A stretch of DNA of 33,901 bases from Nocardioides sp. Lineage in GTDB: Bacteria > Actinomycetota > Actinomycetes > Propionibacteriales > Nocardioidaceae. Location of the stretch: NCBI GenBank assembly GCA_036404795.1, contig DASWYU010000264.1, forward strand, positions 1 to 33,901. The letters are read 5' to 3'. This document shows, piece by piece, positions 9,061-17,697 of this stretch. A model generated the notes under the pieces. The model did no database searches. It saw only the letters and a list, made by a program, of their open reading frames with translations, and was not told the DNA's origin. The first letter of the stretch is position 1, and the number at the start of each line of letters is the position of its first letter. Made by a program: the position numbers and the translations under genes.

Positions 9061-11049
9061 TCAGACCTGCGTGCGGGCGGCGACCGCGTCCACGACGCGC
9101 TGGATCGCCTCGTCGAGCGGCACACCGTTGTCCTGGTCGCCGTTGCGGTAGCGGAACGACACCGCGCCCGCCTCGACGTCGGCGTCACCGACGATCACCA
9201 TGAACGGCACCTTCTGCAGCTGCGCGTTGCGGATCTTCTTCTGCATGCGGTCGTCGGAGTCGTCGACCTCGACGCGGATGCCGGCCGCCTTGAGGCGCTT
9301 CGCGACGTCGTAGAGGTAGTCCACGTGCCGCTCGGCCACCGGGATGGCCTGCACCTGGACGGGGGCGAGCCAGGGCGGGAAGGCGCCCGCGTAGTGCTCC
9401 ACGAGCACGCCCATGAACCGCTCGATCGACCCGAACTTCGCGGCGTGGATCATCACCGGCTGCTGCTTCGAGCCGTCGGAGGACGTGTAGGTGAGGTCGA
9501 AGCCCTGCGGCTGGTTGAAGTCGTACTGGACCGTGCCCATCTGCCAGGTGCGGCCGATGGCGTCCTTCGCCTGCACGGAGATCTTCGGGCCGTAGAACGC
9601 GGCGCCGCCCGGGTCGGGCACGAGCGCGAGACCGGACTCGCCGGCCACCTGCTCGAGCACCGCGGTCGCGGTCTGCCACTGCTCCGGGGTGCCGACGAAC
9701 TTCTCCGTCTTGGCCTCGTCCCGGGTGGACAGCTCCAGGTAGAAGTCGTCGAGGCCGAAGTCCCGGAGCACGCCCAGCATGAAGTCGAGGAGGTGCTTGA
9801 CCTCGGCCGGCGCCTGCTCCGGGGTGCAGTAGGAGTGCGAGTCGTCCTGCGCGAACCCGCGCACGCGGGTGAGGCCGTGGATCACGCCCGACTTCTCGTA
9901 GCGGTAGACGTGTCCGAACTCGAACAGCCGCAGCGGCAGCTCGCGGTAGGACCGTCCGCGCGAGCGGAAGATCAGGTTGTGCATCGGGCAGTTCATGGCC
10001 TTGAGGTAGTAGTTCTCGCCCTCGAACTCCATGGGCGGGAACATGCCGTCGGCGTAGTAGGGCAGGTGGCCCGAGAGGTGGAACGTGCCCTCCTTCGAGA
10101 TGTGGGGGGTGCCCACGTACTCGAATCCCTCCTCGATGTGCCGCTGCCGGACGTAGTCCTCCATGGCGCGCTTGATGACGCCGCCCTTGGGGTGGAAGAC
10201 GGGCAGGCCGGAGCCGATCTCGTCGGGGAAGCTGAACAGGTCGAGCTCGCGGCCGAGCTTGCGGTGGTCCCGGCGCTCGGCCTCCTCGAGGCGGTGCAGG
10301 TGGGCCTCGAGGGCCTCCTTGCTCTCCCACGCGGTGCCGTAGACCCGCTGCAGCTGCTTGTTCTTCTCGTTGCCCCGCCAGTACGCCGCGGCGGAGCGCA
10401 TCAGCTTGAACGCCGGGATGCGCTTCGTGGTGGGGAGGTGGGGGCCGCGGCACAGGTCCTTCCAGACCACGTCGCCGCTGCGACCGATGTTGTCGTAGAT
10501 CGTCAGCTCGGCACCGCCGACCTCGACGCTCGCCCCCTCGGCCGCGTCCTCGGCGGCGCCGCCGCCCTTGAGGGCGATCAGCTCGAGCTTGTAGGGCTCG
10601 TCCTGCAGCTCGGTGAGCGCGTCGGCGTCGGTGGTGACCCGGCGGGAGAACCGCTGGTTCTCCTTGATGATCTTCCGCATCCGCGACTCGATCTTCTCGA
10701 GGTCGGCCGGGGTGAAGGGGGTCGCGACGTCGAAGTCGTAGTAGAAGCCGTCGCGGATCGGCGGACCGATACCGAGCTTGGCCTCCGGGAAGAGCTGCTG
10801 CACGGCCTGCGCCAGCACGTGCGCGGTCGAGTGCCGCAGGATGTCGAGGCCATCGGGGCTGGTGATCTCGACCGCCTCGACCTCGTCGCCGGCGGCGAGC
10901 TCGTAGGCGAGGTCCTTGAGCTGACCGGCGACGCGCGCGGCCACGACGTCGGGCTGCTCGGCGAAGAGCTCCCACGCCTTGGTGCCCGTCGTGACCGTCC
11001 GCTCCTCACGCGCGTCGGCGTGGATGCGGGTGATCAGGATGTCGGGCAC
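9061..11049 (-). CDS. thrS: Threonine--tRNA ligase
   Basis: TGS domain, [37 protein letters not shown] and anticodon-binding domain. Confidence 0.99.
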   Translation of the reverse strand: MPDILITRIHADAREERTVTTGTKAWELFAEQPDVVAARVAGQLKDLAYELAAGDEVEAVEITSPDGLDILRHSTAHVLAQAVQQLFPEAKLGIGPPIRDGFYYDFDVATPFTPADLEKIESRMRKIIKENQRFSRRVTTDADALTELQDEPYKLELIALKGGGAAEDAAEGASVEVGGAELTIYDNIGRSGDVVWKDLCRGPHLPTTKRIPAFKLMRSAAAYWRGNEKNKQLQRVYGTAWESKEALEAHLHRLEEAERRDHRKLGRELDLFSFPDEIGSGLPVFHPKGGVIKRAMEDYVRQRHIEEGFEYVGTPHISKEGTFHLSGHLPYYADGMFPPMEFEGENYYLKAMNCPMHNLIFRSRGRSYRELPLRLFEFGHVYRYEKSGVIHGLTRVRGFAQDDSHSYCTPEQAPAEVKHLLDFMLGVLRDFGLDDFYLELSTRDEAKTEKFVGTPEQWQTATAVLEQVAGESGLALVPDPGGAAFYGPKISVQAKDAIGRTWQMGTVQYDFNQPQGFDLTYTSSDGSKQQPVMIHAAKFGSIERFMGVLVEHYAGAFPPWLAPVQVQAIPVAERHVDYLYDVAKRLKAAGIRVEVDDSDDRMQKKIRNAQLQKVPFMVIVGDADVEAGAVSFRYRNGDQDNGVPLDEAIQRVVDAVAARTQV

Positions 11050-11194
11050 CGGAGGGCTCCTCGGGGTCGTCGGTCGTGTCCGCGGACCGCACGACGCGGC
11101 CCGGTCGCGATGCTATCGGTCGGGGGCCGTCCGGCTCGCGCCGGTTTCCACGGAACGCCTCGGGCGCGGTCGGGCTCCGTCAGCGTCCCCACCC

Positions 11195-11620
11195 GTGGAC
11201 GACGACCGACCGGGCTCCCAGGGCACTCCGGGCTCTTCGGAGGACTCCGCACCGGCGACGCCGCGGTGCGCCGTCTGCGGGACCGATCTCGAGCTGACGT
11301 CGCCCGACACCACTCGGCTGACCCTCCTGCGGAGCTGGACCGGCGACAAGGCGCCCCCGTGGGACGAGACGTGGGAGGGCGACGTCGACGAGGACACGTG
11401 GCTAATCCGCTGCGTGCGGGCTTTCTGCAGCCCGGACCACGCCCGCGCCTGGGTCAGCGCGGGGCACCCCACGGCCATGGAGTGGGTGCGGTCCGAGCCG
11501 CCACCGGAGGGCTCGGACCTCGGTTGCATCGTCGGCTGCGTGGTCGTCGCGATCCTGCTCGCGTTGGTCGCGTGCCTCGTCGTCCTCGGCGCGGCCGAGG
11601 CGTGGCGGATGCTGTTCTGA
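11195..11620 (+). CDS. Hypothetical small protein, possible Zn-binding motif plus C-terminal TM helix
   Basis: In-frame GTG 11195 within ORF 10979-11620. CAVC and FCSPDH motifs, hydrophobic C-terminus; fills the gap between thrS and the next gene. Confidence 0.55.
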   Translation: MDDDRPGSQGTPGSSEDSAPATPRCAVCGTDLELTSPDTTRLTLLRSWTGDKAPPWDETWEGDVDEDTWLIRCVRAFCSPDHARAWVSAGHPTAMEWVRSEPPPEGSDLGCIVGCVVVAILLALVACLVVLGAAEAWRMLF

Positions 11621-11648
11621 GACGACAGTGCGGTCCGGGACGCCGGGA

Positions 11649-12335
11649 TCAGGCGAGGTCGCGGTACCGCTGCGCCGCGGCGAGCTTCTCCTCGAGCAGC
11701 GGCACGGTGGAGCGGCGGGGGTTCGCCCAGTCGTCGCCCTCGACGAACAGACCGGCGTACGCCGGGAGGTCCCGCTGGTAGCGCCAGCCCTCGGCGAGCG
11801 GCCCAACGTCGTACGCGTCGTACCCGAGGTCGTCGAGGACCCTGGTCGCCCTCACCTTGGCGTCCGCGTCGTCCCCAGCGATCGGCAGGACGCTGCGCTC
11901 GGGGTCGTCGCTCGGCCGGGCGAGCGTGAGCAGGTGCTGGAAGAAGATGTTGTTGAAGACCTTGACGACGTGCGACGCCGACAGGTGCGCCTGCAGGAGC
12001 TCGCTCGTGGTCGTGCTCTCGTCGTCGAGCGCGGCGATCTGCCCGTCACGCTCGGGGTAGTAGTTGTTGGTGTCGAGCACGACCTTGCCCGCGAGAGGCG
12101 CGACCGGGACGTCCCGGTAGGCCTTCATCGGGACGGTCACGACGACGACGTCGCCCTCGCGCGCCGCCTGCTCGACCGTGCCCGCGCGCGCCGTGTTGCC
12201 GATGTCGGCGACGAGGTCGACGAGCGACTCCGGCCCGCGGCTGTTGCTCAGCACGACGTCGTAGCCGGCGGCGACCGCCAGCCGCGCCAGCGTGCTCCCG
12301 ATGTTGCCTGCCCCGATGAGTCCGATGGTGGTCAT
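11649..12335 (-). CDS. NADPH-dependent F420 reductase family / dinucleotide-binding oxidoreductase
   Basis: IGAGNIG, SNSRGPE, DTNNYYPERDG, VVKVFNN and IAGDD motifs. Confidence 0.88.
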   Translation of the reverse strand: MTTIGLIGAGNIGSTLARLAVAAGYDVVLSNSRGPESLVDLVADIGNTARAGTVEQAAREGDVVVVTVPMKAYRDVPVAPLAGKVVLDTNNYYPERDGQIAALDDESTTTSELLQAHLSASHVVKVFNNIFFQHLLTLARPSDDPERSVLPIAGDDADAKVRATRVLDDLGYDAYDVGPLAEGWRYQRDLPAYAGLFVEGDDWANPRRSTVPLLEEKLAAAQRYRDLA

Positions 12336-12344
12336 GCTCGGCGC

Positions 12345-12370
12345 AACGGCGTCGCCCCGCCGGTGATTCC
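12345..12370 (-). promoter_or_regulatory. SigH/SigR-type ECF promoter
   Basis: GGAAT (12370-12366), 18-nt spacer, GTT (12347-12345); ends 9 nt before the ATG at 12335. Confidence 0.65.
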
Positions 12371-12381
12371 CCGCGCGTCGA

Positions 12382-12412
12382 GGTGGGGCTTGCGTCGCGT
12401 TCCGTGCGGCGA
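12382..12412 (+). repeat. Solo copy of the 31-bp repeat unit found at 17470-17624
   Basis: GGTGGGGCTTGCGTCGCGTTCCGTGCGGCGA matches array unit 1 at 24/31 positions without gaps and is followed by GTT, as in the array. Confidence 0.55.
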
Positions 12413-12415
12413 GTT

Positions 12416-12560
12416 CGGTTTCCCGACTACTTCGGCGGTGATCCCGACGCGCTCACCGACTGCCTCCGTGACGTCGCGACGGCGACGGCGGACCCCACTG
12501 CGGTCTCGGGCGCTCGCGGTGCACGTGCGCGGGTACGACGCGTTCCGGACCCGCGCACCC
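12416..12560 (+). pseudogene. Barstar-family (ribonuclease inhibitor) internal fragment, frameshifted
   Basis: FPDYFGGDPDALTDCLRDVA resembles the barstar motif FPxYFGxNxDALxDCLxD. It continues in another frame as ALAVHVRGYDAFRTRAP; no proper start or end. Confidence 0.65.
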
Positions 12561-12562
12561 CT

Positions 12563-12755
12563 TCTCGACGAGGGTGAGCGGACCGGTCGCGGCCGCGTCG
12601 GCGAGGTTCGCGCGCCGCCCGCGGGACAGGTCGTCGAGCACGACGACCTCCGCGGCGCCCGCGGCGAGCAGCTGGTCGACGATCGTGGAGCCGATGGTGC
12701 CCGCCCCACCCGTCACGAGCGCGCGGGTCCCCGCGAGCCCGTACGGCGCGCTCAC
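12563..12755 (-). pseudogene. Truncated NAD-dependent epimerase/dehydratase (about 64 N-terminal residues)
   Basis: GTG 12755 overlaps the upstream stop. [20 protein letters not shown]...[10 protein letters not shown]...LTLVE, then similarity stops abruptly. Confidence 0.8.
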
Positions 12756-13840
12756 GCCCGTCCCCCGTTCCGAGCCAGCTCCCGGCGGACCGCGGAGGGG
12801 CCGTCCGGCATCGGGGCGTGTGCGCCGCCGGCGGCCAGGCTGGCGCGGGCCTGCTCGAGGACCTCCAGGACCCGGAGGCCGTCCTGGCCGTCCGTCCGGG
12901 GGCGACGCCCCTCCCGGATCGCGGCCGCGAGCTCCGCGACGACGAGGGCGAGCGGCTCGTGCTCGGCCAGCGCGGGGGCCCATGTGTCACCGAGCCGGTA
13001 GGAGACGCCGGCCCGCCGGCGGTCGCCGGCATCGGCGTCCTGCTGCGCCAGGTCGACGCCGCGGTCGTAGACGCTGAGCCGCTGCGCCGGGTCGAGGTCG
13101 TCCCAGACCAGGGTGCGCCGCGATCCGCCCACCACCATCCGGCGGATCTTCGTCGGTCTCAGCCAGTTCACGTGCAGGTGCGCGACCGCGCCACCGGGCA
13201 GCGGGAGCGACAGGTACCCGATGCACGCCTTCCCCGCACCGAGCGGGTCCGCGGCGAACGCCGACACACCGGTCGGGACCAGCCCGCCCGGCAGCACGAA
13301 GTCGAGGATCGCGAGGTCGTGCGGCGCGAGGTCCCACAGCACGTCGACGTCGGGCTGCACCAGGCCGAGGTTGATCCGTACCGCGTCGACGTAGAGCACG
13401 TCGCCGAGGGCGCCTTCCGCCAGCAGGTCCCGCATCCGCAGGACCGCCGGGGTGTAGCAGTAGGTGTGGTCCGTCATCAGCACGAGACCGCGCTCCTCCG
13501 CGGCGGCCACCATCGCCCGGCCGGTGGCCAGCGAGTCGGCCAGCGGCTTCTCGACGAGCACGTGCTTGCCGGCGGCGAGCGCGCGGTGGACGAGGTCGCC
13601 GTGCGTCCTCGCCGGCGTCGCGACGGCCACGGCGTGCACGTCGTCGCGCGCCAGCAGCGCGTCGAGGTCGGGCGTCGCGTCGACACCGGGCCAGCGGTGC
13701 GCGAGCGTCCGTGCCCGGGCCAGGTCCAGGTCGCACACCGCGCGCAGGTGCCAGTCGGGCGCCGTCGCGAAGTTGCGCACCATGTTCGGCCCCCAGTAGC
13801 CGGCCCCCACCACCGCCACACCGAGTCGGTCCCTCACCAT
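12752..13840 (-). CDS. Gfo/Idh/MocA family oxidoreductase (nucleotide-sugar pathway type)
   Basis: [19 protein letters not shown] and [10 protein letters not shown] motifs; ATG 13840 with GGAGGAGG RBS. Confidence 0.88.
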   Translation of the reverse strand: MVRDRLGVAVVGAGYWGPNMVRNFATAPDWHLRAVCDLDLARARTLAHRWPGVDATPDLDALLARDDVHAVAVATPARTHGDLVHRALAAGKHVLVEKPLADSLATGRAMVAAAEERGLVLMTDHTYCYTPAVLRMRDLLAEGALGDVLYVDAVRINLGLVQPDVDVLWDLAPHDLAILDFVLPGGLVPTGVSAFAADPLGAGKACIGYLSLPLPGGAVAHLHVNWLRPTKIRRMVVGGSRRTLVWDDLDPAQRLSVYDRGVDLAQQDADAGDRRRAGVSYRLGDTWAPALAEHEPLALVVAELAAAIREGRRPRTDGQDGLRVLEVLEQARASLAAGGAHAPMPDGPSAVRRELARNGGRA

Positions 13841-13945
13841 CTGCGTCCTCCTCCGGATCCTGACGCCGGTCGGCCGGCGTCCCGGTCGCATTCGACCGAC
13901 GTCGCGCCGTCCGACGCACTCGCCGGCACGCAGATACCGCAACTT

Positions 13946-14820
13946 GGGGACCCCGCCGCCGAGCCGCACGGACGGCTGGACGTGGTCGCCGACCTGGACG
14001 ACGTGGCGGGGTGGCTCTCGGCCGGTGGTGACGGGGTGCTGGCGTTGCCGGGACCCGCGCTCCGCGGCGGCGACCTGCGGCGGCTCGCCCGGGTCGTCGG
14101 CGGCCATGGCGCCCGGTTGTTCGTGGGGACGGGCCTCGTCGAACCTCCCCGTGGCCCGGCTGCGCAGCGGCGCGCTGGGCAGCCTCCGGGTCGTGCGGGT
14201 GCGCCCGCAACGTCCCTCGCGCGCGGCGCGGACGACGAAGGTGGTCGTGGAGCGGGGCCTCGCCGTGGTGGGCCTGGTGCTCCTGGCGCCGCTGCTGCTG
14301 GGGCTGGCGTGCGCCGTACGGCGGGACTCACCCGGCCCCGCGCTCTTCCGCCAGACCCGGGTCGGCCTCCACGGGGAGCCCTTCCCGATGCTCAAGCTCC
14401 GCACGATGCACCACGACTCCGAGGCCGCGCGGGCCGCGCTGGAGGGTGCGGCGCGGTGACGCGGCGTGCTGTTCAAGCTGCCCGAGGACCCGCGCGTCAC
14501 CCGGGTGGGGCGCGTGCGCGGCGTTGGTGGCTCGACGAGCTCCCGCAGCTCGTCAACGTGGCGCGCGGCGAGATGGCGCTCGTGGGGCCGCGCCCCGCCC
14601 TGCCGGCCGAGGTGGAGCGCTACCCGCTCGAGATGCACCGGCGCCTCACCGTGCGGCCCGGCATCACCGGGCTGTGGCAGGTCTCCGGCCGTTCGGACCT
14701 GCCCTGGGCGGAGTCGATGCGGCTGGACTGCACTCTGCCGACCACTGGTCGATCGACCTCGACCTGCGCATCCTCGCGCGCACGCTCGGCGCGGTGCTGA
14801 GCCAGCGCGGGGCCTACTGA
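13946..14820 (+). pseudogene. Priming sugar transferase (WcaJ-like polyprenyl-phosphate glycosylphosphotransferase), disrupted
   Basis: Motifs [49 protein letters not shown] and [13 protein letters not shown] are spread over three frames. Frameshifts near 14147, 14518 and 14730, an in-frame TGA at 14457-14459, and no N-terminus. Confidence 0.88.
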
Positions 14821-14878
14821 CCGGGGCGCACCGGCCGCATCCGTGGCCTGGGGAGGTGCGGCCGGGTACGGTCGGGTG

Positions 14879-15367
14879 ATGGACGGATCGACGGTCGATC
14901 TCGGCGACCTGGGTCCGTCGGAAGGAGCCGACTCTCCTCCCGACACCTGGTGGCACGCCGACTTCCCCTGGGCTGCGGAGTCAGCCGGCGCTGCACGTGC
15001 GGTGATCCGCACGTCGCTGCGTCACCCACCGGCGGGCCGGAGCGCCACGGACCTCCGGCTCGTCACCGACGACGCCATCGAGGACGCGGCCCTCGTCGCG
15101 ACCGAGCTCATCGCCAACGCGATCGACCACGGCGACCCAGGTGCCGAGCACCTGGTGCACCTCGCGTGGGCGCTCGCGCCGCACGACCTGGTGCTGCGGG
15201 TGCGGGACTCGGGTCGCGGTGCGCCGTTCGGCGCCGCTGCGCCGACGACCGACGGGCTGCGCGGGCGCGGGCTGCTCATCGTGGACAGCGTGTGCCGTCG
15301 CTGGGACGTCGTGCGTGACGGCGGCACGACTGTGACCGCACTCGTCCCGCTCGACGCGGTGGCGTGA
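14879..15367 (+). CDS. ATP-binding protein, RsbW-like anti-sigma factor (HATPase_c_2)
   Basis: LVATELIANAIDH, VRDSG and GRGLLIV motifs. ATG 14879 lies 6 nt after TACGGT. Confidence 0.85.
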   Translation: MDGSTVDLGDLGPSEGADSPPDTWWHADFPWAAESAGAARAVIRTSLRHPPAGRSATDLRLVTDDAIEDAALVATELIANAIDHGDPGAEHLVHLAWALAPHDLVLRVRDSGRGAPFGAAAPTTDGLRGRGLLIVDSVCRRWDVVRDGGTTVTALVPLDAVA

Positions 15368-15380
15368 CGCCGCCACCGCG
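15355..15380. terminator. GC-rich hairpin between convergent genes
   Basis: CGCGGTGGCG-TGACGC-CGCCACCGCG, perfect 10-bp stem. Confidence 0.55.
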
Positions 15381-16169
15381 CTACTGGACGAGCACGCCCG
15401 GCGTGCGGGGGAAGCCCAGGGCCGCGTGCACGAGCGCCGACCACGCGGCCTGTGCCTCCGCCAAGCCCGGCGCCGGGCCGTCGTGGACCAGGCACGCCAC
15501 CCACTGCTCCGCGTCGGGGTCGTAGCCACCGGCGGCGAGGACCGTCGTGGTCCCGAGCTCCCACGCCTCGGCCTCGTGCCGGGGGCGGAGGTGCAACGTC
15601 GTCGACCGGCCCTCCAGCACCCGGGCAGGCAGGATCCCGAGCCAGCCGTCGTCGACGGTCACGTCCGTGCCACGGCGCACGTGGCTGTCGACGACCTGCA
15701 GGCGGCCCGCGCCACGCTGCCTCCCGACCCACCACGACGCCGCGTCGAGGCCGTCCGCGAAGCACTCCGCGACCGATCGGAGCCGGCCCGGGGTCGCGAC
15801 GTGCACCATGTCGTCCAGCTCGTGCAGGCAGCGCTCGGCCAGGGCAGCGACCCGCTCGGTACGGCGCTCGACGGCGCCGCTCGTGAGCGCGGGCGCCCCC
15901 GGGTCGCCGAGGGCGACCAGCAGCCGTTCGGCCAGCCGGTGCTCCTCCTCGGTGAAGCTGCCGGCGTCGCGGACCAGCTCGACCGTCACCGCCTCCCCGC
16001 TGTGGGGAGCCACGACCGTGAGCCGGCTCCGCGGTCGCCGCCCCCGCACCGTGGCGACCCGATCGGTGCCGTGGTGGACGATCACGTCGTCGACCCCGAT
16101 CGCCGCCCGCACGGTGCGTCCCACCAGCTCCTGCCAGCCGACCTGCTGCGCCACGCCCTGCACCGTCAT
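15381..16169 (-). CDS. Hypothetical protein, possibly GAF-like
   Basis: Protein-like composition from MTVQG (ATG 16169). FTEEEHRLAERLL resembles a GAF terminal helix; no clear catalytic motif. Confidence 0.55.
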   Translation of the reverse strand: MTVQGVAQQVGWQELVGRTVRAAIGVDDVIVHHGTDRVATVRGRRPRSRLTVVAPHSGEAVTVELVRDAGSFTEEEHRLAERLLVALGDPGAPALTSGAVERRTERVAALAERCLHELDDMVHVATPGRLRSVAECFADGLDAASWWVGRQRGAGRLQVVDSHVRRGTDVTVDDGWLGILPARVLEGRSTTLHLRPRHEAEAWELGTTTVLAAGGYDPDAEQWVACLVHDGPAPGLAEAQAAWSALVHAALGFPRTPGVLVQ

Positions 16170-16337
16170 CCCGTCGTTCCCCCGACCGACTCGTCCTGGA
16201 CCAGGCACCCTGCCGACACTCTCCCTGGCCTGCCTCCCATCCTGCGATCGTCGTCCACAGGTACGCCTCATCCCCGGCTCAAGGTCGGTGCAAGTCCCGG
16301 CCGACCGACCCCTCGTTCCGCCGTGCCGCCGTGTCGA

Positions 16338-17363
16338 TCAGCGCGGCGCGGCGACGTACGCGTCGATCTCCCCCAGCACCCGCCGCTTCACGTCGTCGTC
16401 CGCGAACGACGCCCGCACGGCGGTGCGGGCCAGGTCGGCCACCCCCGCCTCGTCGAGGTCGAGGAGGTCGGCGGCGATGCCGTACTCCCGGTTGAGCGTG
16501 GTGCCGAACATCGGCGGGTCGTCCGAGTTGATCGTGACGGTCACGCCGGCGTCGCGGAACGCACGCAGCGGGTGGACGTCGAGCGACGCCACCGCCCGGG
16601 TCGCGAGGTTGGAGGACGGGCACACCTCGAGCGGGACGCCGGTGGCGGCGAGGTGGGCGAGCAGCTCCGGGTCCTGCGCGGCGGACGTGCCGTGCCCGAT
16701 CCGCTCGGCGCGCAGCAGGCGCAGCGCGTCCCACACCGTCTCGGGGCCGGTGGTCTCCCCCGCGTGCGGCACGCTGCGCAGGCCCGCGGCGCGAGCCGCG
16801 TCGAAGTGCGGCTGGAACTGCGGCCGGGGCACGCCGATCTCCGGTCCGCCGAGCCCGAACCCGACCAGCCCCTCGGGGGCGTGGTCGACCGCGAACCCCA
16901 GCGTGGCGTCCGCGGCCGGGATCCCGGACTCCCCCGGGATGTCGTAGATCCACCGCAGCACCAGCCCGAAGTCCCGCTCGGCGGCGACCCGCGCGTCCTC
17001 CAGCGCCTCCGTGTAGGCCTCGATCGGCATCCCCACGCCCTCGTCGTGGGGCCGGACCGAGGTGTACGGCGTGCACGTCAGCTCGGCGTACCGGAGGTTC
17101 TGCCCCGCCGCCATCTCCCGCGCCACCTCGTAGGTCAGGTAGCGGATGTCCTCCGGCGTGCGCACGAGGGCGACGACCGCGAGGTAGACGTCGATGAAGT
17201 GCGCGAAGTCGCGGAACTCGAAGAACCGGGCGAGCTCGTCGGGGTCGCTCGGCACCGTGCCGGGGTGACGCGCCGCGAGCTCGGCGACGATGCGCGGCGA
17301 CGCCGACCCGACGTGGTGCACGTGGAGCTCCGCCTTGGGCAGGCGGGCGATGAAGTCGAGCAC
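16338..17363 (-). CDS. add: Adenosine/adenine deaminase
   Basis: LPKAELHVHH, PHAGET, ERIGHG, CPSSN and INSDDPPMF motifs; GTG 17363 with GAGGAGG RBS. Confidence 0.92.
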   Translation of the reverse strand: MLDFIARLPKAELHVHHVGSASPRIVAELAARHPGTVPSDPDELARFFEFRDFAHFIDVYLAVVALVRTPEDIRYLTYEVAREMAAGQNLRYAELTCTPYTSVRPHDEGVGMPIEAYTEALEDARVAAERDFGLVLRWIYDIPGESGIPAADATLGFAVDHAPEGLVGFGLGGPEIGVPRPQFQPHFDAARAAGLRSVPHAGETTGPETVWDALRLLRAERIGHGTSAAQDPELLAHLAATGVPLEVCPSSNLATRAVASLDVHPLRAFRDAGVTVTINSDDPPMFGTTLNREYGIAADLLDLDEAGVADLARTAVRASFADDDVKRRVLGEIDAYVAAPR

Positions 17364-17469
17364 GGGTGTCCTCCTCGGGGCCGCAGGGTACGGCGCGGCC
17401 CGTCGAGCGCCGCACCTCACCCGCCATCATGCGCGCGCCCGGACGCGGCGTCCGCATCGGGCGCGCCGC

Positions 17470-17624
17470 GTTGCGGGTTGCGTCGCGTGGGGTGCGCCGA
17501 GTTGCGGGTTGCGCCGCGTGCAGTGCGTCCAGTTGGCACGTACGCCCCGTTTCGGACGGCGAGTTGGCACATACGCCCCGTTTCGTGCGCCGAGTTGGTA
17601 CGTACGCCGCGTGCGATGCGTGGG
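17470..17624 (+). repeat. Degenerate tandem array, 5 x 31 bp
   Basis: Units start at 17470, 17501, 17532, 17563 and 17594. All begin GTTG and share T(G/A)CG(C/T)C(G/C)CGT at positions 10-19. Confidence 0.85.
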
Positions 17625-17667
17625 TCGCCAGCGAAGCGATCCACAGGGCCTCATCAACAGGTGGTGA

Positions 17668-17690
17668 TCGAACGCGTGTTCGACTAGACT
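17668..17690 (+). promoter_or_regulatory. LexA SOS box abutting a leaderless promoter
   Basis: TCGAAC-GCGT-GTTCGA (17668-17683) matches the actinobacterial consensus TCGAAC-N4-GTTCGA. -10 TAGACT at 17685-17690, ATG 7 nt later. Confidence 0.88.
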
Positions 17691-17697
17691 TGGGGGC

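Noticed and set aside
11050-11190. T-box or riboswitch leader for thrS
   Set aside because: The leader after the putative TAGCAT -10 is short and has no T-box consensus.
8503-11781. 1092-aa plus-strand ORF and other long overlapping ORFs (e.g. 16279-19362, 27387-30089, 2800-4821)
   Set aside because: Antisense or alternate-frame shadows of real high-GC genes, with Arg/Gly/Pro-rich translations and no motifs.
14457-14459. Programmed readthrough or selenocysteine at the in-frame TGA of the sugar transferase
   Set aside because: The same gene carries three frameshifts and lacks its 5' end, so decay is the simpler explanation.
17470-17624. CRISPR array
   Set aside because: Units are contiguous and degenerate, with no identical repeats separated by unique spacers, and there are no cas genes in the window.
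17637-17660. DnaA-box-like words CGATCCACA and TCATCAACA upstream of the SOS box
   Set aside because: Each has two mismatches to TT(A/G)TCCACA; too weak to call without comparative data.
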